Below are positions 1 to 13,639 of a DNA stretch of 64,000 bases, one piece after another. The notes beneath the pieces were generated by a model. The model was not told the origin of the DNA, did no database searches, and saw nothing but the letters and a program-made list of their open reading frames with translations. Position 1 is the first letter of the stretch; every line of letters begins with the position of its first letter. The DNA comes from Octopus vulgaris (lineage: Eukaryota), in the NCBI GenBank assembly GCA_951406725.2, contig OX597825.1, forward strand, positions 67,890,001 through 67,954,000, in the 5' to 3' direction. The translations under genes and the position numbers were made by a program.

Positions 1-212
1 CCCTAACCACTGGGCCATTGTGCCTCCACCGTCGTTGTTGCTGTTACCGAAAGAAACAAAGCCTGAGAATGACTGGTGTGTAGAGTCAGCAAATTTGGCC
101 TGAATCTTCGCAATTGAAAACGCTCAATGCAGGGCCGCGATAACAATACCCTCCCAACTAAATCAAATATCTGCATCCAAAACCAAAGCTTTAGCTCTGG
201 CTCGGAAGGGAA

Positions 213-437
213 ATGAAATGTACGGCCTCATATATGACCCTCATGCAACGCCTTGAAGAAGAGATCGAGCATTATTTCCCATCGATGTCTACAGAAAAAT
301 TCTATAGGGTTAAATATGCCTTTGCGAACTCCAGCTTTTCAGATTTGATAGCGGATGAAAAGGAGCAAATGGCTTGCAATTCTAGTTATAGCGTCATGAA
401 AATGAGACACAAGAATGTGCCAGTGGGGATCTTTTGG
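213..437 (+). mobile_element. Degenerate hAT (Buster/Charlie/ZBED5-like) transposase C-terminal fragment
   Basis: Translation LMQRLEEEIEHYFPSM...YAFANSSFSDLIADEKEQM...PVGIFW resembles the L.EEF..YFP...NPF...L...E.EQL...FW stretch preceding the hAT dimerisation domain; cut by a SINE at ~440. Confidence 0.5.
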
Positions 438-440
438 GGT

Positions 441-1472
441 CGTGCTAACGAGTGTGCCAGCTCGCTGCCTTTAATAATAATAATAATAATAATAATAATA
501 GTAATGGTTTCAAATTTTGCCACAAGGGCAGTAATTTTTTAGGGGAGGGGGATGATTCGATTTTATCGACCCCAGTGTTCAACTGGTACTTAATTTATCG
601 ACCCCGAAAGGATGAGAGGCAAAGTCGACCTCGGCGCAATTTGAACTCAGAACGTAGCGGCAGACGAAATACCTATTTCTTTACTGCCCACAAGGGGCTA
701 AACACAGAGGAGACAAACAAGGACAGACAAACGGATTAAGTCGATTATATCGATCCCAGTGCGTAACTGGTACTTATTTAATCGACCCCGAAAGGATGAG
801 AGGCAAAGTCGACCTCGGCGCAATTTGAACTCAGAACGTAGCGGCAGACGAAATACCTATTTCTTTACTGCCCACAAGGGGCTAAAAACAGAGGAGACAA
901 ACAAGGACAGACAAACGGATTAACTCGTTTACATCGACCCCAGTGCGTAACTGGTACTTATTTAATCGACCCCGAAAGGATGAGAGGCAAAGTCGACCTC
1001 GGCGCAATTTGAACTCAGAACGTAGCGGCAGACGAAATACCTATTTCTTTACTACCCACAAGGGGCTAAACACAGAGGGGACAAACAAGGACAAACAAAC
1101 GGATTAAGCCGATTACATCGACCCCAGTGCGTAACTGGCACTTATTTAATCGACCCCGAAAGGATGAAAGGCAAAGTCGACCTCGGCGGAATTTGAACTC
1201 AGAACGCCAAGACGGACGAAATACCGCTAAGCAATTCGCCCGCCGTACTAACGAGTGTGCCAGCTCGCTGCCTTTAATAATAATAATAATGGTTTCAAAT
1301 TTTGCCACGAGGGCAGCAATTTTAGTGTTCAACTGGTACTAATTCTATCGACCCCGAAAAGATGAAAGGCAAAGGCCACCTCGGCGGAATTTGAACTCAG
1401 AACGTTACGACGGACGAAATACGCCAAGCAGTTCGTCCGGCGTGCTAACGATTCTGCCAGCTTACCACCTTA
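441..1472 (-). mobile_element. Nested/tandem array of tRNA-derived SINEs (~184-bp period)
   Basis: GA(C/T)CCCAGTG recurs at ~568, 752, 936, 1120; minus strand has B-box GAGTTCAAATT and core CTTTGCCT(C/T)TCATCCTTTCGGGGTCGAT. Confidence 0.85.
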
Positions 1473-1664
1473 GCTTCGCATTGGTCAGACTAATGTCTGA
1501 CTAATGTCTGACCAATGCAAAGCGCTATAGTGTGGATTAATATAGAGGTCTCCTATCAACGAGCCGCAAAGAAAGAATAAATTTTATAATTTTATTTCTA
1601 TTTCATCAACTTTCGCAGTGTTCAGGGTGTTTTTGTATTATATATCTATTAGTTAAAACAGTGT

Positions 1665-1848
1665 GCTGGCAGAGTCGTTAGCACGCCGGTCAAAATGCTT
1701 AGCGGCACTCCGTCCGTCTTTACGCTCTGAGTTCAAATGCCGCCGAAGTTAACTGCCTTTCGTTCTTTCTCGGTCGATAAAATAGGTACCAGTTGAGCAC
1801 TGGTATATATTTTATTGACTAGAGCCATCCCTCAAAATATCAGGCCTC
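1665..1848 (+). mobile_element. tRNA-derived SINE, same family as 441-1472, diverged
   Basis: GCTGGCAGAGTCGTTAGCACGCCGG...GAGTTCAAATGCCGCCG...TCGGTCGATAAAATAGGTACCAG. Confidence 0.7.
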
Positions 1849-1933
1849 TATTACAGTCAGAATCCATCTGATGGATTCTGACTGTAATTTTTAAAATCCT
1901 AGATTTATCATATTAGGCCACACTAATTCTGCC

Positions 1934-2171
1934 TATGTGGGAAAAACAAATTTAATATGCTTCATTATACACTCGATATGCTGTCGGTAATACGGCCGCG
2001 TTCCAGTCGTTCTCACCTGGGGTTCATATGGCCCTTGGTGGGCCACATAAAATTTTGCTGTTAAAATTAATCTGCAATAAATTTGTTACACTTCTACAAT
2101 ACATGAAATATTTTGACCATTTTTTAATACAATTCCTCATAATATTTCATTATAAAAATATAATATGATCT
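1934..2171. repeat. ~237-bp direct duplication, partner at 3765-4000
   Basis: Near-identical from TATGTGGGAAAAACAAATTTAATATGC to ATAATATGATCT at both loci. Confidence 0.9.
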
Positions 2172-2212
2172 GTTTCTATAGTCGAAAGAATTATATATGT
2201 ATGATGGTGGAT

Positions 2213-2565
2213 ACGCAATGGCCCAGTGGTTAGGGCAGAGGACTCGCGGTTTCGATTCCCAGACCGGGCGTTGTGAGTGTTTATTGAGCGAAAACACCTA
2301 AAGCTCCACGAGCCTCCGGCAGGGGATGGTGGTGATCCCTGCTGTACTCTTTCACAACTTTCTCTTACTTCCTGTTTCTGCTGTACCTGTATTTCAAAGG
2401 GCCGGCCTTGTCACTCTCTGTGTCACGCTGAATATCCCCGAGAACTACGTTAAGGGTACACGTGCCAGTGGAATGCTCAGCCACTTACACGTTAATTTCA
2501 TGAGCAGGCTGTTCCGTTGATTCGGATCAACCGGAACCCTCGTCGTCGTAACCGACGGAGTGCTT
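2213..2565 (+). mobile_element. tRNA-derived SINE (second family; relatives at ~26325-26600 and 55143-55455)
   Basis: A-box TGGCCCAGTGGTTAGG, B-box GGTTTCGATTCCC, shared body GTGTCACGCTGAATATCCCCGAGAACTACGTTAAGG. Confidence 0.75.
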
Positions 2566-3247
2566 CCATACATATGTATGATATATTTATATATTGTAAA
2601 TATAATATTTAAATTATATATTAAACGCTATAAAATGTTTTATGTGTGTATTTCTCTGGTCAAACTGACTTTCATGAAACCGGTCCACGGTGTAAAAAAA
2701 GTTGGGGCTTCTGGATTTATTTACAAAAACAAAAGTCAGCTTCTGTGTTTGCTACTAGAAACAAAAAGATTGCTCTCTATTGATAATAATAAGAGCGTGT
2801 AAAATCATATTCTATGAAATGCGAGAATAGTTGCTACAGGTTTCATCATTTCCCAGGTTTAAAGAAACAAGGGGGAGTACTCAACCAATAATTACCTCCC
2901 CTACTATCATGTCTTTGTTTAGGTTGAAAACACTAATTCCTATCTGCTAAGTTAAAGGATATGTCTCGTTAAGATGTCAAATTAAGATGCCTAATTAAAT
3001 GTACTGTGTAATATTTTCCTTACAATAGAATGTTGTCAGTGTCGGCTGGTTTTTAAACGATTATTTCTTGTTTTTGAATATTTTTCTCAGCAAAATGTTA
3101 AGGTGCCACGAGAAGAGCAATGGAAGCTTTCATGCAAACACCCCCATAAACGCAAATCAGCAATACCAGTCCCTTTCGAGCCAACGAGTAAACCCCGATA
3201 AGTGGTGGTTTGATCTGTTAGATATAGCAACTAAATATCTCTATAGG

Positions 3248-3313
3248 AGAAGAAGAAGAAGAAGAAGAAGAAGAAGAAGAAGAAGAAGAAGAAGAAGAAG
3301 AAGAAGAAGAAGA
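3248..3313 (+). repeat. (GAA)n microsatellite
   Basis: Directly visible. Confidence 0.95.
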
Positions 3314-3834
3314 GTTCAAATTCCGCCTAAGTCGACTTTACCTTTCATCCTTTCGGGATCGACAAAATAAGTATCAGCTGAACACTAGAGCCGATGTAAT
3401 CGAGTTAACCCCTCTTCCGAAAGTGCTGGCCTTTCTATTTTAGATCGTATAAAGACAGCGACCAAGAAAGAATCGTTACCCCACCGGCGAGCTAGCAGAA
3501 TCGTTAGCACGCCGGACAAAATGCGTCTTTAAGTTCTGAGTTCAAAGACCGCTGAGGTCGACTTTGCCTGTCATTCTTTCAGGGCCGATAAAATAAGTGC
3601 CTTGTGTCTATAGTAGAAAGGATTTCTAACATAGGCACAAAGCCACAATTGTTTTTATGGCAAAGGGAATGTCATTCATTAAATTGGCTCTAATATATGA
3701 CTGGTATCATACCGTAATTTCCGACGTGTAACGCGCACGCTCGCATAAAGAAACCCCCTACATTTATGTGGGAAAAACAAATTTAATATGCTTCATTATA
3801 CACTCGGTATGCTGTCGGTAACACGGCCGCGTTC

Positions 3835-4083
3835 CAGTCGCTCTCACCTGGGGTTCATATGGTCCTTGGTGGGCCACATAAAATTTTGTTGTTAAAATTA
3901 CTCTGCAATAAATTTGTTACACTTCTACAATACATGAAATATTTTGACCATTTTTTAATACAATTCCTCATAATATTTCATTATAAATATAATATGATCT
4001 TTCAAGCATTGAATGGCTATGAAGGTCCTTAGAGTAAGACAGGAATCAGAGGTGTACATAGCAAAAAATGGTTGAAACCACTG
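3835..4083. mobile_element. hAT-type MITE
   Basis: Imperfect TIRs CAGTCGCTCTCACC...GGTTGAAACCACTG; no clear TSD. Confidence 0.5.
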
Positions 4084-4267
4084 TGTTAGAACAAAGCAAT
4101 TTGTTAGGTGATTGACAGGTTTGCTTCCCAACAATGTGGCCATGTGGTCTCAGGCTCAGTTCCAATGCGCGGCACCCAGGCCAACCAAAGCCCTGTGAGT
4201 GGATTTTGATTTTCCAGATGGAAACTGAAAGAGGTTCGTAGCTTCTATATGTGTATGTATATATATA

Positions 4268-4308
<41 letters not shown>

Positions 4309-4375
4309 GCATGTGGATCATTGGCGACTATTTTCCTCTGTCTTCCTTTTCTCTTGGACTTTCCTCTATCTCCTG

Positions 4376-4408
4376 TTTCTGAAGAAGAACCTTGCTCGAA
4401 ACATAAAA
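4376..4408 (+). ncRNA. Minimal hammerhead-like motif (degenerate) in a Penelope-type terminal repeat; homolog at 28191-28223 (-)
   Basis: ttt CTGAAGA agaaccttgctc GAAAC ATA aaa; cleavage triplet GTA apparently mutated to ATA. Confidence 0.55.
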
Positions 4409-4517
4409 CTACTTTTCTTTCCTTTCCTGAACGTCTGCTAATACTTTGCATGTACCACGTCCTCGTGTTGTTGTTTTATTTTGCTGGGTTTTTTTGTTGT
4501 TGTTGTTTTGGTGGGGA

Positions 4518-4559
<42 letters not shown>

Positions 4560-5401
4560 AATAATATATAAATATATGCATATATACATACATATATATA
4601 CATACCTACATATATATGTATATATACATGCATATATGGGTACAGGACATCAAAAAACGTTGAACACAATGAGAAACGAAAACATAAAAACAAAAACATA
4701 GAAACGAACTTTTTTCGAACAACGAAAAAAAAACAGAGAAACGAGACATACAACATAAAAAATATTCCTCTTCATCAGTTGTCCCTGTTTCGTCTACTCC
4801 ACGTTACGAAGACAAGGACAAGACGCGACTTCGTTGAAACAGTTCTTCCCGTAAAGCAAATTAAATAAAATTTGGAATTTTTGCGGAGTGTGAAAGTGGT
4901 AACAAGAACAGGACAGTGAGAACAAAACATATATATTGCGAATAGTAGATAAGCAAATATATTTGGATATAAAGCACTGCATCGCTTCCACTGAGACCAC
5001 TGGAGCTGATTCCATATAAGCATCTCGTGTTGACCACTCCATATGGATATCTTCATCTATTCAAAATGCAATGCAACAGCAAACTGCGCAGTTGAGACTA
5101 TCTCTGGACCCTCTTTCAATGTAGAGCTCCAAAACTCCGCAATTTTCGAGCATAACTTTTAACTATTTAGAATGCAATTTGAAATTTCTCAGATTAAACG
5201 CTATTCTTTCTTGTTACAGACCGCCATTTACCTTTGTAAGCAAACGTTGCACAATTGAAAGCTGTTATTACTAATGGGAATGTTTCCAGGAATGCAATTA
5301 GACATTTTCAAATGTATAATATGTGAACCATAATGTTACTAAAATTATTTCAATGAACAATTTGAAAAGTAGCGGAAGAGATACGTTTTGAATCATTAAT
5401 T

Positions 5402-5438
<37 letters not shown>

Positions 5439-5635
5439 TCTCTCTCTTCCCCTCTGTCTCACTTTATCTCTTTCTCTCTCACTCTCTCTCCCCTCCCTTT
5501 CTTTTTGTTCTCTCACTTCTGCTCTTCATTTCATGTGTGTGTGTGTCGTATGTACACTATCTTTGTATGTTCACGTATGCATGTGAAAGTATATGTGTGT
5601 GTGTTAGTGAGTGTATATGTGTCTATGTATTTGTA

Positions 5636-5707
<72 letters not shown>

Positions 5708-5974
5708 TGTGTTGAAAGCGCGTAGCCTAATGTTTGGGGTTTTCACTTACGGTCGCAGGTTCGGGTTTCGATTCCCAGACAAGTGGTGCGTTGCAATCTC
5801 GAGCAAAATACTTCATTTCACGTTGCTCCCTGCGGCAGACTGCCCTCCCGTTCAGAGGGAATGTTGGTCAGCCCGCCAAGCCTACAGGGTGGCATCATTC
5901 GAAAAGCTACAGCAATGCGAGGAAACGCATTATGACTAGCGGTGAATAACAACGTTCGATAGTCTGGTCGATAC

Positions 5975-6285
5975 AGTGATTGTGGGTGCCCTGCGTATGA
6001 TAAGAAAGGGATAAAAAATATCTGGATAATCCCAGGAGAACCATGTCTCAGAGAAATCCAAAAGATTGTGCTGACAAGTACTGTCCACATCCTTAGAAAA
6101 ACCCTATCCAGCTAAATGCCTGTGTTGTATTACATGAAGATATTTCCATACTTCCCCCTACCACTTCCCCTCCCCAAGATTTCAGTCGTGAAGTTATCCT
6201 TCACTCGCCCTAGGACGCTAGGTGTGTCTCGGCAAGTGATTGTAACAAACATGCAGGTAAAAATAAATACTAATGATAATAATAA
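5975..6285 (+). mobile_element. 3' end of a Dong/R4-like non-LTR retrotransposon
   Basis: VIVGALRMIRKG...IPGEPCLREIQKIVLTSTVHILRKTLS, then 3' UTR GCCCTAGGA...CTCGGCAAG ending in a (TAA)n-like tail. Confidence 0.65.
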
Positions 6286-7265
6286 GAGCACTCAGAGAGC
6301 GCAAACCTCCGCCAAGGCAACACCAACATCCTCTCAACGATTAGCCAGAGATGATTTTTTTAAATGAGAATATCTGAAATAAACTCGACTGCTCTCACAA
6401 ACCAGAAATTCTAAAATTGAACCCGACCACTCTCAAAAATTAAGTAAAAAGAATAAAACGGAAAAATAATCCAGAATCTTTGTCTGGTACCGGATCGATC
6501 CCAAAATCTAATCAGTTCGTGCCGAATCCACCCAGCAGTTCTTGATATATCTTGGCTACGGACAAACAAACAAACACGACTGAAAACAATACCTCCCCTA
6601 ATATTTAATTCTAACTCCTACTCCAAAATAGTTTGACATTCAACTAGTTTCTCCATTCACGACTACTTACACACCCATAACCCATTGCTAGAAATAACTC
6701 TACAGCCACAGACCTTCGCCAGAACGGACACAAGTATTTACTACTAGATTTCCTCTACAACCCCTATAAACTACAAGAATACCACTCCTCTTTTTAAATT
6801 CCTTTCATTTTGCTCTATTTTGCTTATTTTTACGCCATCTTCCTCTACCTCCTCCCCTCCCTCTTATCTTTTTGGCTTTGTACACTATATTCTTAGAGCC
6901 TATATGTTTATGTACTTTACTTTATCCTTAACGCCAATCCTTAACTCCCCCTCACTCTATCTACCTCTCTTTCTATTTATTTACTTTTCTTTCATTTTTA
7001 CCACTTAATAACCATCTCCGCTACCATTCTGTTATTGAACGTTGATATGCTCTCTTCTTTTTTCTGGATGTTTACAATATCAGGACTTTAACCCAGATGG
7101 ATCTACGCAGGATTGCACTTAGGAACTTATTTCTACAAGATCGGAAAGTTAAACTGTAAACTATTACGCTTCTTTTTTCTTTCCTTTCTTCATCTCCTTA
7201 TTCCTTTACTCCAGTCCTCTATGTCATCATTTCATTAATCTATATCCTTCTCATTTCCCTATATG

Positions 7266-7336
7266 TCTCCGATGACGGAATATCCCATACTCTGGCATAT
7301 CCCATACTCTGGGAAATCCCAGAAAAAGCTGTAAGC
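7266..7336 (+). ncRNA. Degenerate hammerhead-like motif
   Basis: tct CCGATGA [stem II with internal duplication] GAAAA agct GTA ag; two core substitutions. Confidence 0.4.
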
Positions 7337-7479
7337 CTATAAACTGTTTTTCCAATAATAATAATGTATATGACTTTAGATGTTTGCCTTACCTTAACGT
7401 TTGTTGTCCTCTTTAACAATTATATATCCGCTATATCTTAAATCTACAATGGCTCCATAACTACCGTGTCGGCGATAAC

Positions 7480-7920
7480 CCTGAAGCCCTAACAATCCTC
7501 TGAAGGACATTCGTCCTCAGTCACCTGGATTACTGCTCCCAGCTATGGTCACCCAACAGTGTAAAATTAACAGCGGACCTTGAAGCAATCCAGCGAAGCT
7601 TCACAAAGATCGTCTCATTGCAACAGCTTAGCTACCGGGAAAGGCTGAAACAGCTAAGACTCTACTCCTTTGAGCGAAAGCGGGAGAGGTATGCAGTAAT
7701 AAACATCTAGAATATCCTGGAAGGAATTGTGTCAAATTTTGGCATTGAAAACTACACCAATGCCAGAATGGGTCGACACTGCACAGTGTCAAAGATCCCA
7801 GCAATGCCATCGCGCTTCAGGACCAGTTACTGCAACAGCCTGAGTTTCAGGGGCCCCCAGATTTTTAATATTCCCCCAAAGTGCCTGGGGGACCTACACA
7901 AACTGGATGTAGATATTTTC
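7480..7920 (+). mobile_element. CR1-type LINE ORF2 C-terminal fragment
   Basis: HLDYCSQLWSP...DLEAIQRSFTK...LSYRERLKQLRLYSFERKRER with downstream stops. Confidence 0.8.
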
Positions 7921-8148
7921 GAAAATGATGGAGAATCGCATTGGAACACCAGACATCTGTTTAAATAAGTTGATTAGAGATGTACAGTATAAATTTGGAG
8001 TTAAAAACAACCTTCGGCGGAGACAGTCAGACAAACAGACAGGCAGACAGGCAGGCAGGCAGCTGGCAGGCGGCAGGCGGGTGGGCAGGTGGGCAGTTGG
8101 GCAGGTGGGCAGGTGAGCAGTCAGACAAACTGACAGACACACACATAC

Positions 8149-8281
<133 letters not shown>

Positions 8282-8315
8282 AATGCGCGTATATATTTAT
8301 ATATATATTCATCAT

Positions 8316-8404
<89 letters not shown>

Positions 8405-8426
8405 CAACAAGGATATCCAGAGGTAA

Positions 8427-8513
8427 TGCAGTATGATCGTTTCATGCGACTCCATTTAATTGATCAATGCAAACATTAAATCAATTTTAAATGTAGACCA
8501 ATCTTCAGCTGCA
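8427..8513 (-). ncRNA. Hammerhead-like motif with long stem II; homolog at 32771-32858 (+)
   Basis: Minus strand: tgcag CTGAAGA [~58 nt] GAAAC gatc ATA ctgca; 5-bp perfect stem I; triplet mutated. Confidence 0.6.
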
Positions 8514-8960
8514 TAAAAATATAGAATTTAGTTAAATACAGACTCATATGTATACCAAGAGGATAAGGAGCGTCGCTACATGTCAAAATTAACGTAGTCA
8601 AAGAAATTCATGTCTCTTTCAGATAAGCATTTCCTAATAAACCACATGTATCGCTAAGCATGAAACTACTGGTAGCTTCTTCGCAATTGTTCGTAATTGT
8701 GCATTAGAATGATATTTATCTCTTAGTGGTTGGAGTACTTTTTTTGTTGATTCTACTTCTATTGGATATATAGAGAGAATGAGCGAGAGGGAGAGACAGA
8801 GAGAGAGAAAGAAAGATACATACATACTTAGGTACATATATATATATAATGCATATATATGTATATATATGCGTATATAAATACATATATATATATATAT
8901 ATATACATGTATATATGTAAATATATACATATACGAATGCAAACACATACACACACACAC

Positions 8961-9075
<115 letters not shown>

Positions 9076-9244
9076 ATAGATAAACTGTTTCGCATCAACA
9101 TCTTCGCAATATATTGAACTGTATATTGAATTTCCTGCATTAAATTACCATTTATATTTGATAACTCCGTGGGCACGTCTCTGATATGTGTGTGTGTGTG
9201 TATGTGTGTGTTTGTGTGTGTGTATACATATATGTATGTGTGGG

Positions 9245-9310
<66 letters not shown>

Positions 9311-9755
9311 TATATGTTATATGTATACATATGCGTACATATGTATGTATGTATGTATGTATATATATATATATATATATACATGTTTTTAAATTTTCAT
9401 ACACATTTATACGATGCTATCTATGTAAATCTATATACAAACACACACACAAGCACATACGCGCGCGTGCATATTTGTGTAGACAAAAGCTTGTTTTTCA
9501 AATACGCTCCATTAAAGACACGACTATATTCATATATATATATATATATATATATTTGATTATTTTGTAAAGCATTTTCCACATTTCCTTATCAGACGTT
9601 TATGTCTAGTTTCGAACAATTGCTTTCCTTAAGTTCATAAACTTTTCATCATATGCTGGTCTCATCGTCAATGTATAAGTTACAATAGTATAATAGTGAT
9701 AGCACGTTATGATAATGATGGTGCATGTGAAATAAGGAGACACCACAACAATATA

Positions 9756-9812
<57 letters not shown>

Positions 9813-10113
9813 TACTGGGAGAAGAAGAAGAAACGAAACGAAACGGAACGAATCGAATCGAATCGACACGAAGGCGCTCAGTCATACAATAGTGTAATAA
9901 ATAAAATATATGCATACATATATACATATATGTACGTACCTACATCTACATGTATATATATATGTATGTATGTATGCATATATTTTATTTATTACACTAT
10001 TATATATATATATATATATAGTGTAATAAATAAAATATATGCATACATACATACATATATATATACATGTAGATGTAGGTATACATATATGTATATATAT
10101 ATATATATATATA

Positions 10114-10408
10114 TACGGAGATGTACTTGCATAGCAAGTGTTTTGATCTGAGATCGTGTGCTGAAACGAAAACAATTGCAGCGTGGATGGTGTTTGTAAG
10201 CCATTTAAGAAACACACAATAGCCGTTCGATTCACTTCAACATTTAAGTTTAATTTGTCAAAATATTTTCGTCCCTTTAAGGAACAGGTCGCGGTCTTAA
10301 AGCGGCGAAAATATTTTGACAAATTAAACTTAAATGTTGAAGTGAATCGAACGGCTTTTGTGTGTTTCTTAAATGGCTTACAAACACCATCCACGCTGCA
10401 ATTGTTTC
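10114..10408. mobile_element. Fold-back (inverted duplication) element in (TA)n, Penelope-terminal-repeat-like
   Basis: ~100-bp arms across 10170-10407 plus a one-sided tail 10114-10169; both ends abut TA runs. Confidence 0.75.
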
Positions 10409-10419
10409 TATATATATAC

Positions 10420-11055
<636 letters not shown>

Positions 11056-11632
11056 TGATAATTTTGTGTAGTATGAAGTTTGATTCCCAACCATATGGCT
11101 CCAGGTTCGGTCCCACTGCGCGGCATCTTAGGCGAGTGTCTTCTACTATAACCTCGGGCTGACTAAAGCATTGCGAATGGATTTAGGAGATAGAAACTGA
11201 AAGAAGCCCGCTGTGTGTGTATTTATAGATAGATACATACATACATACATACATATATACATACATATATATATATATATCATTAAAAGATATCCATTTT
11301 CCTGAAAGTTATGAGGGGAAAAATCAGATCGTGTGAATTTTTCAAAAATCCTCTCCTCACTCCGGAAAACATTTTCCTCAGAAATTTCTTTATAATCGTA
11401 ATTTGTGCAATTGAACAGTATTTCTATAACGTTTCATCAATATATATCCATTTTTCTGAAAGTCATGAAGGAAAAATCGAATCTTGTGAATTTTCCGAAA
11501 GTCCTCTCCCCCACCCCTCCGTCCGTTTGCGCAAATTTTTTTTCACATTCATTTTCAACACATTTTTTTACACTTAGTAGGCTGGTCTTTTTTTTTTTTT
11601 TTTGGTGACCGGATCTTAAACTGTATATTGAC

Positions 11633-11708
<76 letters not shown>

Positions 11709-11855
11709 GCATACACACACATATATGTGTGTGCATATGTTTATATGTCCTCCATCTTTTTCAGTTTCCATCCATTTAATTACCCTATCACTTCTCTACC
11801 TGTACATATATATGTGTGTGAGTGCATTGGTCTATGTGCGTGGATGTGTGTGTGC

Positions 11856-11977
<122 letters not shown>

Positions 11978-12054
11978 TATCAAGGAAAGAGACAATAACA
12001 CCTAAGAACAGCAACACTAATCAATTACCTTTAAAATAACGTGTAAGTGCTTAC

Positions 12055-12371
12055 CTTTCCACGCAGACAGCTACCAACGTCATTACCGATGCGTACAGAG
12101 ATACGACCAGCAGGTATCTTATGGATTTGCACAAGGCCAGGCTCAGGAGCCACCCTCTATTGAGGACAAACTGCACCAAGTCAGGTATTCCAACCAGGAG
12201 TAAGATTAGATCTGCCACTGCCAGATTCATAATAAACATATTAGTGACAGAAGTCCTCATTTTCCGGTCCGAAACCACGGCGAATATCACGAGCCCGTTG
12301 CCAACGATGCCGACCATTTCAATGAAAAAGAAAAATCCCGACAGTAATGGTGCAATGGTGTTGGTTGCGAT
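12055..12371 (-). CDS. Exon of a rhodopsin-like class A GPCR, neuropeptide-receptor type (TM1-TM3); first in-frame ATG at 12317
   Basis: IAPLLSGFFFFIEMVGIVGNGLVI (TM1 GN), MRTSVTNMFIMNLAVADL (TM2 LAxAD), GW..Cys3.25 LCK, YASVMTLVAVCVER; ends at donor AG|GTAAGC splitting the Arg of E/DRY; downstream exons not found in 1-12054. Confidence 0.9.
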
Positions 12372-13034
12372 TCAGTTCGTGATGAATTACACACTATGAT
12401 GACGGTGATGGTGATGGCGATGCCGTAGGTAGAGATTGTTGTGGTTGAGGTTGTAGTTTGTGGCCGTGATGATAGTACTGCTCCTGTTGTTGCTGCCGAT
12501 AATGATGATGTTGCTGCTGCTGCTGTTGCAACAGATTTCTAATAAAAACACAATAACATACAGAAAAACATGCATAAGAAACCGAGCAACCCCATGGTTG
12601 CTTCTTGTAGAAATTCCAGAAAAATAGCTTCAAGCAGGAATTGAAACCGTTTCGCAAAACAGCAGCAAAGCGGTTGAGTTACCAGCGCAATTCAGTTTCC
12701 TTCTTATTGTTGTTCTTGCCGTTGTCATTGAGAAACCCTTAAAATGTAAGAAACAATTATTAAACATTAGAAATCGTCTTTTGGCAGAATCGTTAGAGAA
12801 TCGGACGAAAACGTCTTGCGGTATCTAATTAAGCCTCTTAACGATACGAGTTCAAATCCCTCCAAGGTCAACTCTGCCTTTCATTCTTCGGCGGTCGGTA
12901 AAAGTACCAGAGATGATGTTATCAACTAACTCCTTTCTCTAAAATTTCTCATCTTGTGCCTATATAAGATAATAGCTAACCCCTTTCTCTAAAATTTATC
13001 TCTAGGATATATAAAATAGATTACTTATTTTCTT

Positions 13035-13510
13035 GTCACCAATTTTATATATATACCCTGTTTTGTTAAGTTCACTTGTAGGGGGTATTAGGGCTATGCA
13101 GAAAATTAAAGGTGAAAGTGAGTCACCTTGGAAAATGCCGCAGTTGATATTAATATTTTTTTGTGATCAGTATTCCTTTAGAGTGATATAATTGGAGATT
13201 CGTATTTCACACTGACATGTGCCTCAGGAAGTTTGAAATCACAGGAGAAATTTTGAAGATATCCAACGATTTCAAGACCCACAAATGCGGTATGCTGTCG
13301 AAGGCTTTTTTATAATTAATTCATGCGGAATTGAGATTTCTGCGCTTGTTATGACAGTTCTCAAGGATCCTACAAATGATTAAGAGTTGGTCTTTGCATC
13401 CACATGAGCCTCGTTGGCACCCTTTTTGTTCAGTGGGGAAAATATCGTTCTGTTCCATAAATTTGTATGTTTTCTCCACGAGGCTGGACGTTAAAATTTG
13501 ATTGTAACAT
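13035..13510 (-). mobile_element. Reverse-transcriptase fragment of a Dong/R4-like non-LTR element (degenerate)
   Basis: EQKGCQRGSCGCKDQLLI...INYKKAFDSIPH...GIFQGDSLSPLIFCIALIP. Confidence 0.85.
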
Positions 13511-13639
13511 GGAAAACACAAGTTAACCATTCAAAAACACTTAAACCTGAGCATGTCCCAAAGTGGCTGATGATATGTGCATCTCTGATCACAAACACTG
13601 GTGGGGAATATCATAGCATTTGTCTTATGAAGAAAGGCT

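Noticed and set aside
568-1260. Regularly spaced repeats suggesting a CRISPR array (also 20774-21583, 47045-47850)
   Set aside because: No unique spacers; these are whole-unit tandem repeats
2215-2270. tRNA-like A/B boxes here and in other SINE heads
   Set aside because: No complete cloverleaf; they continue into SINE bodies
4765-4800. CTGATGA on the minus strand (similar lone boxes at 13567, 46728, 49590)
   Set aside because: No correctly placed GAAA, stems and NUH triplet for a hammerhead
4955-5060. Minus-strand SAPVVSVEAMQCFISKY, resembling an hAT dimerisation motif
   Set aside because: Too short and degenerate to support as a feature
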